DNA of 64,000 bases from Rhizobiaceae bacterium (lineage in GTDB: Bacteria; Pseudomonadota; Alphaproteobacteria; Rhizobiales; Rhizobiaceae), in assembly GCA_028281105.1 (NCBI GenBank), contig JANQKQ010000067.1, forward strand, positions 3,200-67,199, in the 5' to 3' direction. Position numbers and translations under genes: made by a program. This document shows positions 47,011 to 58,122 of the stretch, in pieces (positions within the stretch are counted from its first letter, which is position 1; the number at the start of each line of letters is the position of its first letter). The notes under the pieces were generated by a model. It saw only the letters and a program-made list of their open reading frames with translations, did no database searches and was not told the DNA's origin.

Positions 47011-48426
47011 ATGAGCGACATCGCGGCGCAATCAGGCACCGGTCCGGGAGTCGACAAGAAAGGCATCTGGGGCTGGATGTTGTTCGATTGGGCCGCCCAG
47101 CCGTTTCACACCCTGCTGCTCACCTTCTTCTTCGCACGCTATTTCACCACGGAAGTCGCCCCCGACCCTGCCACCGGCCAGACCTGGTGGGCGATCATGC
47201 TGACCGTCACGGGGCTGACGATCGCGTTCCTGTCGCCGATTCTCGGCGCGATCGCCGACGCGACGGGCCCGCGCAAGCCGTGGATCGCGATGTTCGCACT
47301 GCTGTGCATCGCCGGCTGCGTGTTCCTGTGGAACGCGGTGCCCGGCGGCGGCGGCATTGTGTTCTGGATTCTGGTCGCGTTCGGCCTCGGCATGATCGGC
47401 GTCGAATTCGCCGCCGTGTTCAACAATGCCTATCTGCCGGAGCTGGCCCCACGCGATTCCATGGGCAGCCTGTCGGGGAACGGCTGGGCGTTGGGCTATC
47501 TCGGCGGCGTCGTGGCGCTGTTCGTCGTTCTGTTGTTCATGGTCGAATCCTCGCCGGGCAGCGGCCACACTCTTGTCGGCATTGCACCGGTTTTCGGACT
47601 GGACGGGGTGGAGCGCGGTGGCGAGCGCGCCACGGGGGTTCTGACCGCGTTGTGGCTGGCGGTTTTCATCATCCCGTTCTTCTTGTTTACCCCCGACACG
47701 CCAAAAAGGGTCCGCATCGAGGGCGCGATCCGCAAGGGCCTGGCCGATCTGGGCCGGACCCTGCGCCGCCTGCCGTCGAACCGCTCCATGTTCGCCTATC
47801 TGGGCTCGTCGATGTTCTACCGCGACGCCCTCAACGGCCTGTACGGCTTTGGCGGCGTCTATGCCGGCGGCGTGCTGAAGTGGGAGCCGACCCAACTGGG
47901 ATTGTTCGGCATTCTCGCCGCGCTCACCGGCGCTCTTGGCGCCTGGCTTGGCGGGCGGCTGGACGATCGCTTCGGACCAAAGCCGGTGGTCACCGTATCG
48001 ATCGTGTTTCTGACCATCGTCAGTTTTATGATCGTCACCACCGACCGCGACACGCTGCTGCTGATGTCGATCGAGCCTGGCGAAGGCATGTTCACCGCAC
48101 CCGATATCCTGTTCTACATCTGCGGCGCGGTCATCGGCGCGGCGGGCGGATCGTTGCAGGCGGCCTCGCGCACCCTGCTGGTGGACCAGGCCGAGGAAGG
48201 CCGTATGACCGAAGCCTTCGGGCTTTATGCGCTGTCGGGCAAGGCGACCAGTTTTCTCGCACCCGCGCTCATCGCCTTTTCCACCGGCGTGGTGGCCCAG
48301 GGCATGCTGGGCTTAGGGGGCGATGACGCCCAACGGCTCGGTATCTCGCCGATTGTTTTGCTGTTCATCGTCGGTCTCGTGCTGCTCGCCTGGGTGCAGC
48401 AGAAACCCGGCGCGCGAGGCGGGTAG
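47011..48426 (+). CDS. MFS transporter (UMF1/Atg22-like family)
   Basis: GGAGGAA precedes ATG 47011. [24 protein letters not shown] is typical of the UMF1 family. Roughly 12 TM segments. Confidence 0.8.
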   Translation: MSDIAAQSGTGPGVDKKGIWGWMLFDWAAQPFHTLLLTFFFARYFTTEVAPDPATGQTWWAIMLTVTGLTIAFLSPILGAIADATGPRKPWIAMFALLCIAGCVFLWNAVPGGGGIVFWILVAFGLGMIGVEFAAVFNNAYLPELAPRDSMGSLSGNGWALGYLGGVVALFVVLLFMVESSPGSGHTLVGIAPVFGLDGVERGGERATGVLTALWLAVFIIPFFLFTPDTPKRVRIEGAIRKGLADLGRTLRRLPSNRSMFAYLGSSMFYRDALNGLYGFGGVYAGGVLKWEPTQLGLFGILAALTGALGAWLGGRLDDRFGPKPVVTVSIVFLTIVSFMIVTTDRDTLLLMSIEPGEGMFTAPDILFYICGAVIGAAGGSLQAASRTLLVDQAEEGRMTEAFGLYALSGKATSFLAPALIAFSTGVVAQGMLGLGGDDAQRLGISPIVLLFIVGLVLLAWVQQKPGARGG

Positions 48427-48441
48427 CCCGACGCAGCACCA

Positions 48442-50046
48442 TCAGTGCCTGAAGTGGCGCATGCCGGTGAACACCATGGCGATGTCGGCTTCATCGGCTG
48501 CGGCAATCACCTCGTCATCGCGCATGGAACCGCCCGGCTGAATGACGGCGGTGGCGCCGGCCTCAAGCGCGGCGACCAACCCGTCGGCGAACGGAAAGAA
48601 CGCGTCGGAGGCCGCTACGCAGCCCTTCGTCAGTGGTTGGGCCAACCCCGCGGCCCGTGCCGCGTCCTGCGCTTTCTGCGCGGCGATGCGCGCTGAATCC
48701 ACCCGGCTCATCTGGCCGGCGCCGATGCCCACGGTGGCCCCGTCCTTCGCGTAGACGATGGCATTGGATTTGACGTGCTTGGCGACGGAGAAGGCGAACT
48801 TCAGATCGGCCATCTGCCGCTCGTCCGGCTGACGCTTGGTAACCACTTCAAGCCTGAGATCGTCGACCACCCCGTTATCGCGCGACTGAACCAGAAGGCC
48901 GCCGGCGACGGTCTTTGCCGCCAGGCCCGGCGCCCTGGGATCGGCCAAACCACCGGTGAGCAGCAGCCTCAGGTTCTTTTTCCCCGCGAAAACTTCAAGC
49001 GCCTCGGGCGAAGCGTCGGGCGCGATGACGACCTCGGTGAATATTTCGGCGATCTTCCGCGCCGCCGTTTCGTCTATCGGCTGGTTGAGCGCGACGATGC
49101 CCCCGAACGCTGACACGCAATCACAGGCGAGCGCCTTTTCATAAGCGTCAAGCGGTTCTTTACCGACCGCAACGCCACATGGGTTGGCATGCTTGATGAT
49201 GGCGACGGCGGCCTTGGCCGGATCGAACTCGCACACCAGTTCGAACGCCGCGTCAGTGTCGTTGATGTTGTTGTAAGACAGCGTCTTGCCCTGCACCTGG
49301 CGCGCGCTCGACACGCCTGGCCGGTCCCGGCCACCCACATAGAATGCAGCCGACTGATGCGGGTTTTCGCCATATCGCATGACCTGCGAAAGGGTGCCGG
49401 CAAGGATGCGCTTTTGCGGCGCCGTCTCTTGCGTCTGCTCGGCGAACCAGGTGGCGATCGCCGCGTCGTAGGCCGCGGTATGGGCGAACGCTTTTGCGGC
49501 GAGCCGTCGGCGCAGTTCGCCCGGCACGCCGCCTTCCTGCCTGAGCGCTTGCAGGACCAGCTGCCCGTCGGCCGGGTCGGTGATGATGGTGACGAACCGG
49601 TGGTTCTTTGCGGCGGCGCGGATCATCGCCGGCCCGCCAATGTCGATGTTCTCGACACAAGCCGCGAAATCGCCTCCCGAACGGACGGTCTGCTCAAACG
49701 GATACAGGTTGATCACCGCCAGATCGATGGGTGCGATATGGTGCTCGGCCATCGCCGCCTCGTGTTCGGCATCGCCGCGAACGCCGAGGAAGCCGCCGTG
49801 AATGGCCGGATGCAGGGTCTTGACCCTGCCGTCCATGATCTCGGGAAATCCGGTTACCGCGCTGACATCGCTCACCGTCAGCCCGTGTTCGCGAAGCGCG
49901 CGCGCGGTGCCGCCGGTGGAGATCAATTCCACGCCCAGGTCGGCGAGCCCGGCGGCGAGTTCCGCCAGGCCGGTCTTGTCGGAGGTCGACAGAAGTGCGC
50001 GCGCGACCATGATGCGATCGTCGGTTTTGTTGGATTTGGCGTTCAT
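48442..50046 (-). CDS. purH: Bifunctional AICAR transformylase / IMP cyclohydrolase
   Basis: [11 protein letters not shown]...ISTGGTA...[10 protein letters not shown]...FTGMRHFRH is canonical PurH. Confidence 0.95.
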   Translation of the reverse strand: MNAKSNKTDDRIMVARALLSTSDKTGLAELAAGLADLGVELISTGGTARALREHGLTVSDVSAVTGFPEIMDGRVKTLHPAIHGGFLGVRGDAEHEAAMAEHHIAPIDLAVINLYPFEQTVRSGGDFAACVENIDIGGPAMIRAAAKNHRFVTIITDPADGQLVLQALRQEGGVPGELRRRLAAKAFAHTAAYDAAIATWFAEQTQETAPQKRILAGTLSQVMRYGENPHQSAAFYVGGRDRPGVSSARQVQGKTLSYNNINDTDAAFELVCEFDPAKAAVAIIKHANPCGVAVGKEPLDAYEKALACDCVSAFGGIVALNQPIDETAARKIAEIFTEVVIAPDASPEALEVFAGKKNLRLLLTGGLADPRAPGLAAKTVAGGLLVQSRDNGVVDDLRLEVVTKRQPDERQMADLKFAFSVAKHVKSNAIVYAKDGATVGIGAGQMSRVDSARIAAQKAQDAARAAGLAQPLTKGCVAASDAFFPFADGLVAALEAGATAVIQPGGSMRDDEVIAAADEADIAMVFTGMRHFRH

Positions 50047-50117
50047 CGGAAAGCTCGTGCTGGGAAAACTACGGATCAGGCGGCCATCCGCCGGAAGCTG
50101 CGAAGGTCGGCGGGAAA

Positions 50118-51893
50118 TCAGGCTTTGGTCTCGGTTCCGAGCGGTAGTCGCTCGCTGGCTTTATCGCCGTCCTTGGTCATCGGTCGGGTACCTACATGGC
50201 GTTCCAGCTTCCAGCGCAGCCTGTCAGTACGGGCGATGTTCGCGCGCACGACAATCTGACTGGTCCGGCGCGGCCCGGCGGCCGAGGCGAAGAAGATGCT
50301 CTCCTCCAGGCTTGCGGGCGCATCGGCGCAGGTGAATTTCCATGCAAGCCGCTGGTTGGCGACCAGCAGCACGCTGGTCTTGTCCGCCGACACGCTGGCC
50401 TTGATTCGGGGATGAATATGGAAGCGCAGGGCGCATTCGTCCTTGCGCATGCCGAGCGGCTTCATGCCGCCGGTCTCGTAGACGCGATCGACACCGGAGA
50501 TCGAATTGCCGTCGCCGGCCAGCCGCAGCGTGCGCTCGTGCCAGATGCCGAACTGGCGGACATAGCCGTTGTGTGCGGCGACGATGCTCACCCCTTCTTC
50601 GTCTTCACGGCGCTCGACATCAACCTGTGTAGGACCGGAAAGAACGCGGTTGCCCAGATAGCGGTTGAACACGCCTCCGCTGTGGAACTTGCAGAACGAC
50701 GTGTCGTTGAGCACCAGGGTGGAGTGGGCGGCGGTGGCGCGGCCGGCGGCGATCGTCTGGCTGTCCCCGAACAGTGGCGCACCGCAATTGGTGATGAAGC
50801 AGGCGTTGACCGACGACATCTCGAACGACAGGCAGCCGGCATGGGCCGTGGCCGAAAGCTCGTTTTCGGCCGGCTTGCCGGTGTCCATGATCACGGTGGT
50901 TCCGCCGCCGGTCAGGCGCTGAAAGTTCGAATGGCCGGCATTTTCCGCCGGCTCGCCCAAGGCATCGTCGTAACGCAGGATCGTCGCCATCAGGTCGCGC
51001 TCGGTGGCCGACGTGCTGTTGAAACGGGCGAAGTTGCCGTCGCGGTGGCGGAAGAACCGAACCATCGGCATCATGCGGTCGATCGCCGAGATCAGCTCAT
51101 CGGGCGGGGCGGTTCCCACCCGTTCGTAGGCCTGGCGAAGCGGCAACAAGTCGGTGAGGATTTCGATCAGCACCGCAGGCTGGCGCGACTGGTGTCCCCC
51201 GTCCGGCAAAATCTGCCGCGCCAGCTCGCGGCCCAGCTGGGTGCGCGCGGCTTTGATCAGGCTGGTCTGGTCGGACACCGAAAGCGAGGCCAGCGCCAGT
51301 GCGATCATCGCCTGCAGACGCGGCAGACCGGCAGGCGCCTCGTTAACGTTTCGGCCCAGGAACAGGATATGGGCGCCGATCGACCGAAGGAACATCTTAT
51401 AGAACTGGTGATCGGCATCTTCGACCAGGATCACCGAGTGGCTGAGCCAGGCGATCAGCCGCCGGGCGGCCACATCGACCTGCCAGGCCGGACCGGTTTT
51501 CTTGTTGCCGTGGATCGCGATCCAGTCGTTGGTCAGAGCGCGGGCGTTAGAGCCGGAAACCGCAGTGCCGGCGGCGCGCAGGTGACGCAACCATCGGAAA
51601 CCATGCAGCTCGCTCTCCCAATCGGCGCTGGGCGGCGGCACCGAAAACGGGCTCTTAGCGCCGACGTCCACGGTCTTGGTGGCGAAATGAAAGACGCCCG
51701 AGTAGAACTCCTTGGCGCGCTGCGGATCGCCGGTGCGCAGGTCCTGCGGCGCGATCTGCAACTGTCGAGGCGCCGAGCCGGAAAGCCGCAGCACCATTAG
51801 CGAGCCGGGCTGCAGGCGGCTCGTCAGCCGCCGCCAGCCTTCCGCGATCAACTGCCCCAAAGCCCGGGGCCGGTCTGTCAGCGTGTTGTTCAT
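50118..51893 (-). CDS. Heparinase II/III-family protein
   Basis: ATG 51893 (MNNTLTDRP) inside ORF 50118..51968. Conserved position between rsmB and purH as in many Rhizobiales. The family call comes from that synteny plus general sequence appearance. Confidence 0.7.
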   Translation of the reverse strand: MNNTLTDRPRALGQLIAEGWRRLTSRLQPGSLMVLRLSGSAPRQLQIAPQDLRTGDPQRAKEFYSGVFHFATKTVDVGAKSPFSVPPPSADWESELHGFRWLRHLRAAGTAVSGSNARALTNDWIAIHGNKKTGPAWQVDVAARRLIAWLSHSVILVEDADHQFYKMFLRSIGAHILFLGRNVNEAPAGLPRLQAMIALALASLSVSDQTSLIKAARTQLGRELARQILPDGGHQSRQPAVLIEILTDLLPLRQAYERVGTAPPDELISAIDRMMPMVRFFRHRDGNFARFNSTSATERDLMATILRYDDALGEPAENAGHSNFQRLTGGGTTVIMDTGKPAENELSATAHAGCLSFEMSSVNACFITNCGAPLFGDSQTIAAGRATAAHSTLVLNDTSFCKFHSGGVFNRYLGNRVLSGPTQVDVERREDEEGVSIVAAHNGYVRQFGIWHERTLRLAGDGNSISGVDRVYETGGMKPLGMRKDECALRFHIHPRIKASVSADKTSVLLVANQRLAWKFTCADAPASLEESIFFASAAGPRRTSQIVVRANIARTDRLRWKLERHVGTRPMTKDGDKASERLPLGTETKA

Positions 51894-52007
51894 GAGCCGC
51901 GTTCGCCGCGCGAGTCCTCGACTTGTGGCGGGCCCGATTATACCGGCCAAGCCGGCCACTTCCACCACGCAGGTGAGAACGATAGCGATTTTCCGCGCCG
52001 AAGTGGC

Positions 52008-53351
52008 TCAAGGGCCTGTTCTTTGGAGCCGGCCTGCGAAGAAACCGTCCAGGCCACCCAGCCTTTTCGGCTCCATCGCCATTTGGTGCGGCAGGGTTCG
52101 CACCGTGCCGTCATTGTTCAGAAATTCGTGCAGTCCACCGATTTCGCCGGCGGCGACCGGTGAAATCGTCACCCGGCGGTCCGCGGCCGCGTCGGCGAAC
52201 ACGGCTTCGCCTTCAAGCTTGAACAGCGAGCAGGTTGAGAACACCAGCATGCCGCCCGGTCGAACCCAGTCGATCGCCCGATCCAGCATGCGGGCCTGCA
52301 TTTCGCTCATCGTGGCGACATCTTGCGCCGTCTTGGCCCACATCACGTCGGGATGACGCCGCAGAGTTCCCGACGACGTGCACGGCGCGTCGAGCAGCAC
52401 TGCATCGAACTGCTCATCCGGCTGCCACTGCAGCACGTCTGCCTCAATCAGATGGGCATCCATCGCCAGGCGGGTCAGGTTCTGCTGCAATCGCCTGAGC
52501 CGGGCCGGCGAGGAATCCAGCGCCGTCACCCGGGCGCCGGCGGTGATCAGCTGGCACGTCTTGCCGCCAGGCGCGGCGCATAGATCGGCGACGGATTTTC
52601 CGGCCACATCGCCAAGCAGCCTGGCCGGCAGCGCAGCAGCGGCATCCTGCACCCACCACGCCCCTTCGTCGTAGCCCGGCAACCGCGTCACCGCCGTTGC
52701 GGCCTCCAGACGCAGGCTGCCGGTGGGCAGCACAAGTGCATCCAGGCGGTCCGCCCATGCCTGGGGATCGTTCCGGACCGTGATGTCGAGAAGCGGCTCC
52801 AGTGCCATCGCCGCCGCGATCGCCTGCGCGGCAGCCTCACTATGATCGGCTCGAAGCTGTTTTTCCATCCAGTCCGGCAGAACGGGTGCGCCGGATGCAA
52901 TCGTCAACGTGAGCCGATCCTTTTCGCGGGCGATCCGGCGCAGAACCGCATTGGCGAAACCCCTGAAACGGGTCGTGGCCCGGTTGTCGGCGATGGAGGT
53001 GACGGCCAGGTTGACCGCGGCGCTGTCGGGCAGCGCCATGAACAGGATTTGCGCCGTCGCCGCGTGCAGGGTGTGGGCGAGCGTTCTGGCGCGTTTGGGG
53101 GCGGGGCGATCCATCACATGGGCGAGAACCGCTTCGATCGCGCGCCGGTGCCGCAGGGCGGTAGTCGCGATCGCGCGGGCCAGCGCACGGTCGCGTTCGT
53201 CGAGCACGAGAAATCCGGCGGCACCCGAACTCCCATCCGTCAGGCCGGCAAGACTGACGCCGTCGTCGATCACACGCCCCAACAGCCGCGCGGCGGCTTT
53301 CCGCGCCGCCAGGCCGGCGATCTCGTGTTTTCGCTCGCGTTGATCGTTCAT
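52008..53351 (-). CDS. rsmB: 16S rRNA (cytosine-C5)-methyltransferase RsmB/Sun
   Basis: ATG 53351 (MNDQRERK). NusB-like N-domain plus a SAM methyltransferase domain with DLCAAPGGKT and LDAPCTSSGTLRRHPD. Confidence 0.9.
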   Translation of the reverse strand: MNDQRERKHEIAGLAARKAAARLLGRVIDDGVSLAGLTDGSSGAAGFLVLDERDRALARAIATTALRHRRAIEAVLAHVMDRPAPKRARTLAHTLHAATAQILFMALPDSAAVNLAVTSIADNRATTRFRGFANAVLRRIAREKDRLTLTIASGAPVLPDWMEKQLRADHSEAAAQAIAAAMALEPLLDITVRNDPQAWADRLDALVLPTGSLRLEAATAVTRLPGYDEGAWWVQDAAAALPARLLGDVAGKSVADLCAAPGGKTCQLITAGARVTALDSSPARLRRLQQNLTRLAMDAHLIEADVLQWQPDEQFDAVLLDAPCTSSGTLRRHPDVMWAKTAQDVATMSEMQARMLDRAIDWVRPGGMLVFSTCSLFKLEGEAVFADAAADRRVTISPVAAGEIGGLHEFLNNDGTVRTLPHQMAMEPKRLGGLDGFFAGRLQRTGP

Positions 53352-53418
53352 GAGACGGCCCTGGCCAAGACTTGGTCGGTTTCTATAGGATGGCCGGCGG
53401 CAAAGCGAGTGAGACCCG

Positions 53419-53610
53419 ATGACGAACACTGAACCGAACAAAGCCGATCTGCCTGAAGCGGCCAAGCGGGCGCTGGTCGAGGCCGAGCAGCGCAGGGCTC
53501 ACGCCGAGCGCGCGGAGAGGAAGAAGGCAAAGGAGCTCGGCGGACGCAAGGGGCCGGACCCGGCGCGCTATGGCGATTGGGAGAAGAACGGCATCGCCAG
53601 CGACTTCTGA
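53419..53610 (+). CDS. DUF1674 / SDHAF4-like small protein
   Basis: 63 aa ending GPDPARYGDWEKNGIASDF, the conserved C-terminal motif of this family. Confidence 0.8.
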   Translation: MTNTEPNKADLPEAAKRALVEAEQRRAHAERAERKKAKELGGRKGPDPARYGDWEKNGIASDF

Positions 53611-53629
53611 CCAGGCGCGCCAAGGAAAA

Positions 53630-53651
53630 GGGCCGCCCGAGAGGGCGGCCC
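53630..53651. terminator. Bidirectional hairpin terminator
   Basis: GGGCCGCCC-gaga-GGGCGGCCC. On the minus strand it is followed by CTTTTCCTTG. On the plus strand it sits 20 nt after the DUF1674 stop. Confidence 0.6.
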
Positions 53652-53695
53652 CGCAATTTCCGTTTCCGGAAATCGGAAAGAAACTTGTCAGCGAA

Positions 53696-53773
53696 CTAGT
53701 GGAGCGTCGAAGGCTGCTCCAACGCTCGAATTGTCCGCATCCGCATTTCCGGAAAACTGAAACCACTCGACAT
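53696..53773 (-). CDS. Candidate 25-aa small ORF behind a perfect extended Shine-Dalgarno
   Basis: Minus strand reads AAAGGAGGTGATCCA-ATG. MSSGFSFPEMRMRTIRALEQPSTLH*. The terminator at 53651-53620 lies downstream. Confidence 0.35.
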   Translation of the reverse strand: MSSGFSFPEMRMRTIRALEQPSTLH

Positions 53774-53870
53774 TGGATCACCTCCTTTCGGTTGTTGACG
53801 ATTCACCGACAGTTTTGAACCAAGCAGCAGCACCTGGCAAGCCTGTTGGCGCGTCGCATGGCGATCGCTT

Positions 53871-55718
53871 GTGTTTTTGCCCGTCATGCCGCAATGCTTG
53901 CGCGCCCGACTTAATCCAACCGCTGTAGTGAGACCGGGTTTGACCAGCGACCAGACGATCCTTTTCGCCATTTTCGCCGTCGTGTTCGCTTTGTTCCTGT
54001 GGGGGCGATGGCGCTATGATCTGGTCGCGTTCGCCGCGCTGCTGGTGGGCGTGGTCGTGGGCGTGGTGCCGACGAGCGAAGCGTTTTCCGGCTTCGGCCA
54101 TCCGGCGACCATCATCGTGGCGCTGGTGCTGGTGGTCTCGGCGGGGCTCGTTAAATCGGGCGCCGTGCACCTGATCACCCGCACCCTGGTGGACGCGGGC
54201 CGTGCCCTGGCACTCCACATCGCCATCATGGGCGGGATCGGCGCGGTGCTGTCGGCGTTCATGAACAATGTGGCCGCGCTGGCGCTGCTGATGCCGGTCG
54301 ACCTCAATACCGCGGCCAAGGCCAAGCGAAGTCCGGGCCTGACGCTGATGCCGCTGTCGTTCGCCACCATTCTGGGCGGGCTGGCGACGCTGATCGGCAC
54401 GCCACCCAACATCATCATCGCCTCGGTGCGCGAACAATCCCTGGGCGCGCCCTTCCTGATGTTCGATTTCGCCCCGGTGGGCGTAGCCTGCGCCATCGCC
54501 GGCCTGTTGTTCGTGGCCATCGTCGGCTGGCGGCTCATCCCGGTCTCCGGCAGCGATGAAGGCGCCGCCGCCAAGCTGTTCGAATTGGCCGACTATGTGG
54601 CCGAGATGGCGGTGCCGGAGGGTTCGGCGATCGTCGGGCAGAAGCTGCGCGATCTCGACGACGAGGCGGACAAGGCCGACGTGGCGGTAATCGGGCTGAT
54701 CCGCGCCGGCCGCCGGCTGTATGGCGGCGCGCGCACTGCGACCATCCAGGCCGGCGATGCGCTGGTGGTGGAGGCCGGACCGGAAGCGATCGACGAGTTC
54801 CGCACCAGTCTGAAACTCGAATTCGGTGACGATGAAACGGTAAAAACTTCCGCCGCCGGCGAAGGCCAGTCCCTGATCGAGGTGGTAGTGCCGGAAAACG
54901 CGCGTATATCGGGCAAGACCGCTTTGGCGGTCGGTCTTCTGTGGCGGCGTGGCGTCACCCTGTTGGGCATTTCGCGGCAGGGCAGGCGCATCACCCAACG
55001 GGTGCGCCGCACGGTCGTCAAGCCCGGCGACATCCTGCTGCTGCTTGGGCCGTCGGAGCGGCTGGACGACGTCACCGGCTGGCTCGGCTGCCTGCCGCTG
55101 GCGGAACGCGGCCTGCAGGTGACCCGCGACAACAAGACCTGGCTTGCCGTCGGCATCTTCGTCGCCGCGATCGCCGCATCGAGCTTCGGGCTCGTCTACC
55201 TGCCGGTGGCGCTGGGCTGTGTCGTCGCGCTCTACGTGCTGTCGGACATCGTGCCGCTGCGGGAGGTCTACGACCAGATCGAGTGGCCGGTGGTGGTGTT
55301 GCTGGGCTCGATGATTCCCCTGGGTGCGGCGTTGGACGAGGCAGGCGGGACGGCGCTGATCGCCGGCGGCATCGTCACCGCGACCGAGGGCCTGCCAGTG
55401 TGGGCCGTGCTCGCCGTGCTGATGGCGGTGACCATGACCCTGTCGGACGTTCTCAACAACACCGCCACCACGATCGTGGCCGCGCCGATCGCCATCGATA
55501 TCGCCGGCCGGCTGGGCGTCAGCGCCGATCCGTTCCTGATGGCGGTAGCGGTGGCAGCTTCATGCGCGTTCCTCACCCCCATCGGCCATAAGAACAACAC
55601 GCTCATTCTGGGTCCGGGCGGCTATTCTTTCGGTGATTATTGGCGCATGGGCCTACCGCTCGAGGTGATCATCCTCATCGTGGGGGTGCCGGCGATCCTG
55701 GTCTTCTGGCCGCTGTAG
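53871..55718 (+). CDS. SLC13/DASS-family anion permease with two internal TrkA-C (RCK_C) domains
   Basis: Two polytopic membrane halves flank two RCK_C-like repeats (…GSAIVGQKLRDL…VIGLIR… and …ISGKTALAVGL…LLGISR…). The start may be GTG 53928. Confidence 0.85.
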   Translation: MFLPVMPQCLRARLNPTAVVRPGLTSDQTILFAIFAVVFALFLWGRWRYDLVAFAALLVGVVVGVVPTSEAFSGFGHPATIIVALVLVVSAGLVKSGAVHLITRTLVDAGRALALHIAIMGGIGAVLSAFMNNVAALALLMPVDLNTAAKAKRSPGLTLMPLSFATILGGLATLIGTPPNIIIASVREQSLGAPFLMFDFAPVGVACAIAGLLFVAIVGWRLIPVSGSDEGAAAKLFELADYVAEMAVPEGSAIVGQKLRDLDDEADKADVAVIGLIRAGRRLYGGARTATIQAGDALVVEAGPEAIDEFRTSLKLEFGDDETVKTSAAGEGQSLIEVVVPENARISGKTALAVGLLWRRGVTLLGISRQGRRITQRVRRTVVKPGDILLLLGPSERLDDVTGWLGCLPLAERGLQVTRDNKTWLAVGIFVAAIAASSFGLVYLPVALGCVVALYVLSDIVPLREVYDQIEWPVVVLLGSMIPLGAALDEAGGTALIAGGIVTATEGLPVWAVLAVLMAVTMTLSDVLNNTATTIVAAPIAIDIAGRLGVSADPFLMAVAVAASCAFLTPIGHKNNTLILGPGGYSFGDYWRMGLPLEVIILIVGVPAILVFWPL

Positions 55719-55729
55719 GCGGCATCGCA

Positions 55730-56431
55730 TCAGGTTCGGTCGCCGCGAAATCCCTTCGCCAGGATATAAAGTTCCACCGAGCGATCGCGCGAAGCCGGCG
55801 GCTTGACGTGGTGAACGGCGGCGAAACTGCGTTTAAGAGAGGCGAGCAGGTCCGCCTCGGTGCCGCCGCGAAAGGTCTTCGCCAGAAAGTGCCCGCCCGG
55901 CTTGAGCACCTGGACGGCGAAGTCGGCCGCCACCTCCACCAGATGCATGGTGCGCAGATGGTCGGTGCGCCGGTGCCCGGTGGTCGACGTGGCCATGTCG
56001 GAAAGCACCACGTCGGGCGCGTGGCCGCCCAGCGCGGCGATCAACGCCTCGGGTGCATCGTCGTCCAGAAAGTCCTTCTGCAACACCGTCACGCCTGCGA
56101 GCGAACCCATTTCGATCGGATCGATGCCGACCACGCGGATATCGTCATGGTGGGAGCCGACGGCGGCGGCGGCGATTTGGCACCAGCCGCCCGGCGCGGC
56201 GCCCAGATCGATCACCCGGTCGCCCGGCTTCAGCAGCCGGTAGCGCTCATCGATCTCCTTGAGCTTATAGGCCGCGCGCGAGGCGTAGCCTTCCTCTTTG
56301 GCGCGCTGCACGTAGGGATCGTTAAGCTGGCGTTCCAGCCAAAGGGTGGACGACAGTTTGCGGCCCCTGGCGCTCTTGACCTTGGTGCGCAGGTTTCGCG
56401 CGCCCGGGCCGCGCCGTCGCGCGCCGGTCAA
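55730..56431 (-). CDS. rlmE: 23S rRNA 2'-O-ribose U2552 methyltransferase RlmE (FtsJ)
   Basis: [34 protein letters not shown]...[11 protein letters not shown]...VLSDMA. Confidence 0.9.
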   Translation of the reverse strand: MTGARRRGPGARNLRTKVKSARGRKLSSTLWLERQLNDPYVQRAKEEGYASRAAYKLKEIDERYRLLKPGDRVIDLGAAPGGWCQIAAAAVGSHHDDIRVVGIDPIEMGSLAGVTVLQKDFLDDDAPEALIAALGGHAPDVVLSDMATSTTGHRRTDHLRTMHLVEVAADFAVQVLKPGGHFLAKTFRGGTEADLLASLKRSFAAVHHVKPPASRDRSVELYILAKGFRGDRT

Positions 56432-57945
56432 TGGGTCGTCTCGCCGGCGGCGGCCCGGTCATTATCGCGGGCGGCGCGCCGCCCGCCCGCCCGCCGCGAC
56501 TTTCGGCCCCGCCTGGGCGATCTCCACACCCGATCCTCGTGCATCATCTGCATCAACAGCCCTTCGCGCAGGCCGCGGTCGGCGACGCGCAGCCACGGGC
56601 TGGGCCAGTTGTCGCGGATCGCCTGCAGTATGGCGCAGCCTGCCAGGACCAGATCGGCCCGGTCCGAGCCGATGCACGGATTGCGGGCGCGCTCCTCGAA
56701 CTTCATCGCCAACAGCTGATCGGTCACCCGGTCGATCTGGTTGGCGGCCAGCCAGATGCCGTCGACCTTGCGTCGGTCATAGCGTGGCAGTTCCAGGTGC
56801 ACGCCTGCGAGCGTGGTCACCGTGCCCGACGTGCCGAGCAGGTGGACGCGGCCGCTGCCCCAGACCTCGCCAAGCGGGCTTTCGTCGGCGAACTGGCGCA
56901 ACTGCTGTCGGACCTCTTCGACCATCGTCTCGAACAGGGGGCGGGTGACGACCCGGCCGCCATGACGTTCGGCGAGCGTGATCACGCCCACCGGCAGCGA
57001 GGTCCAGGCACGCACCTGGTCGCTCAGCCGCCGACGGGCGGGATCGCGCCGGTCGATCAGGATCAGCTCGGTGGAGCCGCCGCCGATGTCGAACAGCATG
57101 GCCGCATCGCACTTGCGGTCGACCAGGGTGCCGCAACCCTCCGCCGCCAACCGGGCCTCGGTCTCGCGATCGACGATCTCCAGGTTCATGCCGGTGTCGC
57201 GCTTGACCCGTTCGAGGAACTGGGCGCCGTTGGCCGCCTTGCGGCAGGCCTCGGTGGCGATCAGGCGATAGCGATGGATGCGGCGTGATCCTAGTTTGGC
57301 CGCGCAAATCTTCAAGGCGGCGAGCGCGCGATCCATCGCGGCTTCGCCAAGCCTGCCGGAGCTTCCAATGCCTTCGCCCAGACGCACGATGCGCGAAAAC
57401 GAATCGACCACACGAAAGTGTCCGTGGCGGCGCGGTACGGCAACGAGCAATCGACAGTTGTTGGTGCCCAAGTCGAGCGCCGCATAGGCGGGCCCGGGCG
57501 CCGTACCGGCCGCAGGTGCGCGCCGATGTCGGGACGGCGATTGACCGTCGACTTGACGACTGTCGTTTGCCGGCTTCTGCTTCTTGTTCGGGTAGGACTG
57601 CTTATCGGCCGCCGCGCCTTTCACGCGTCGCCGCACCCGACGCTTCTTGCCGTTGGCCGCGCCGCCGCTGGGGCCTCGTTCCCTTGATCCGGCTTCAGCC
57701 GCCTCGCCGCCGCGGCTGCCGAACCGGCTTTCCTCGCCCGGCTCACCGATCAGATCGGAAACCGGGTCGTGACGGGCGCCCTCCTGGCGATCGCCGGAAA
57801 AGCTGGAGGCCCCCGTTTGCGGCATCCGGCCGCCTGATGGGGGTCCACTCACGCTAAACGCCTTTCGCGTCACGCGCGGCCGCCGCGCCCGACGCTTCAT
57901 GTTTGTCGTTGGGGACAGATTAGCATCGCCGACTGGTTTGACCAA
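56428..57945 (-). CDS. ppx: Ppx/GppA-family phosphatase with basic low-complexity N-terminal region
   Basis: The core starts at [16 protein letters not shown]...DIGGGSTEL. The roughly 150 aa upstream is Arg/Gly/Lys-rich, so the true start is uncertain. Confidence 0.75.
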   Translation of the reverse strand: MVKPVGDANLSPTTNMKRRARRPRVTRKAFSVSGPPSGGRMPQTGASSFSGDRQEGARHDPVSDLIGEPGEESRFGSRGGEAAEAGSRERGPSGGAANGKKRRVRRRVKGAAADKQSYPNKKQKPANDSRQVDGQSPSRHRRAPAAGTAPGPAYAALDLGTNNCRLLVAVPRRHGHFRVVDSFSRIVRLGEGIGSSGRLGEAAMDRALAALKICAAKLGSRRIHRYRLIATEACRKAANGAQFLERVKRDTGMNLEIVDRETEARLAAEGCGTLVDRKCDAAMLFDIGGGSTELILIDRRDPARRRLSDQVRAWTSLPVGVITLAERHGGRVVTRPLFETMVEEVRQQLRQFADESPLGEVWGSGRVHLLGTSGTVTTLAGVHLELPRYDRRKVDGIWLAANQIDRVTDQLLAMKFEERARNPCIGSDRADLVLAGCAILQAIRDNWPSPWLRVADRGLREGLLMQMMHEDRVWRSPRRGRKSRRAGGRRAARDNDRAAAGETTH

Positions 57946-57982
57946 TACCTCGCGCGACGCGCTGTTGCCCCTTCGGCGTTAT

Positions 57983-58011
57983 TTGCCAAACCGAAAGCAA
58001 CCGATTATATC
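57983..58011 (+). promoter_or_regulatory. Candidate sigma-70 promoter for tRNA-Gln
   Basis: TTGCCA-N17-TATATC, about 35 nt upstream of the tRNA 5' end. Confidence 0.35.
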
Positions 58012-58046
58012 GGCACGACGCTGCGCCGGACATCCGCGCGCGCCGC

Positions 58047-58120
58047 TGGGGATTAGTTTAACGGTAGAACAGCGGACTCTGACTCCGTCGGTCCTGGTTC
58101 GAATCCAGGATCCCCAGCCA
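58047..58120 (+). tRNA. tRNA-Gln (anticodon CUG)
   Basis: Acceptor stem TGGGGAT/ATCCCCA with discriminator G and encoded CCA. Anticodon loop CT-CTG-AC. T-arm CTGGTTCGAATCCAG. 74 nt, closely resembles E. coli tRNA-Gln. Confidence 0.9.
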
Positions 58121-58122
58121 GT

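Noticed and set aside
53774-53789. Possible 16S rRNA gene fragment or pseudogene
   Set aside because: Identity to the 16S 3' tail is limited to 16 nt and the flanks do not continue the rRNA sequence. I treat it as an SD or anti-SD-mimic signal, not an rRNA remnant.
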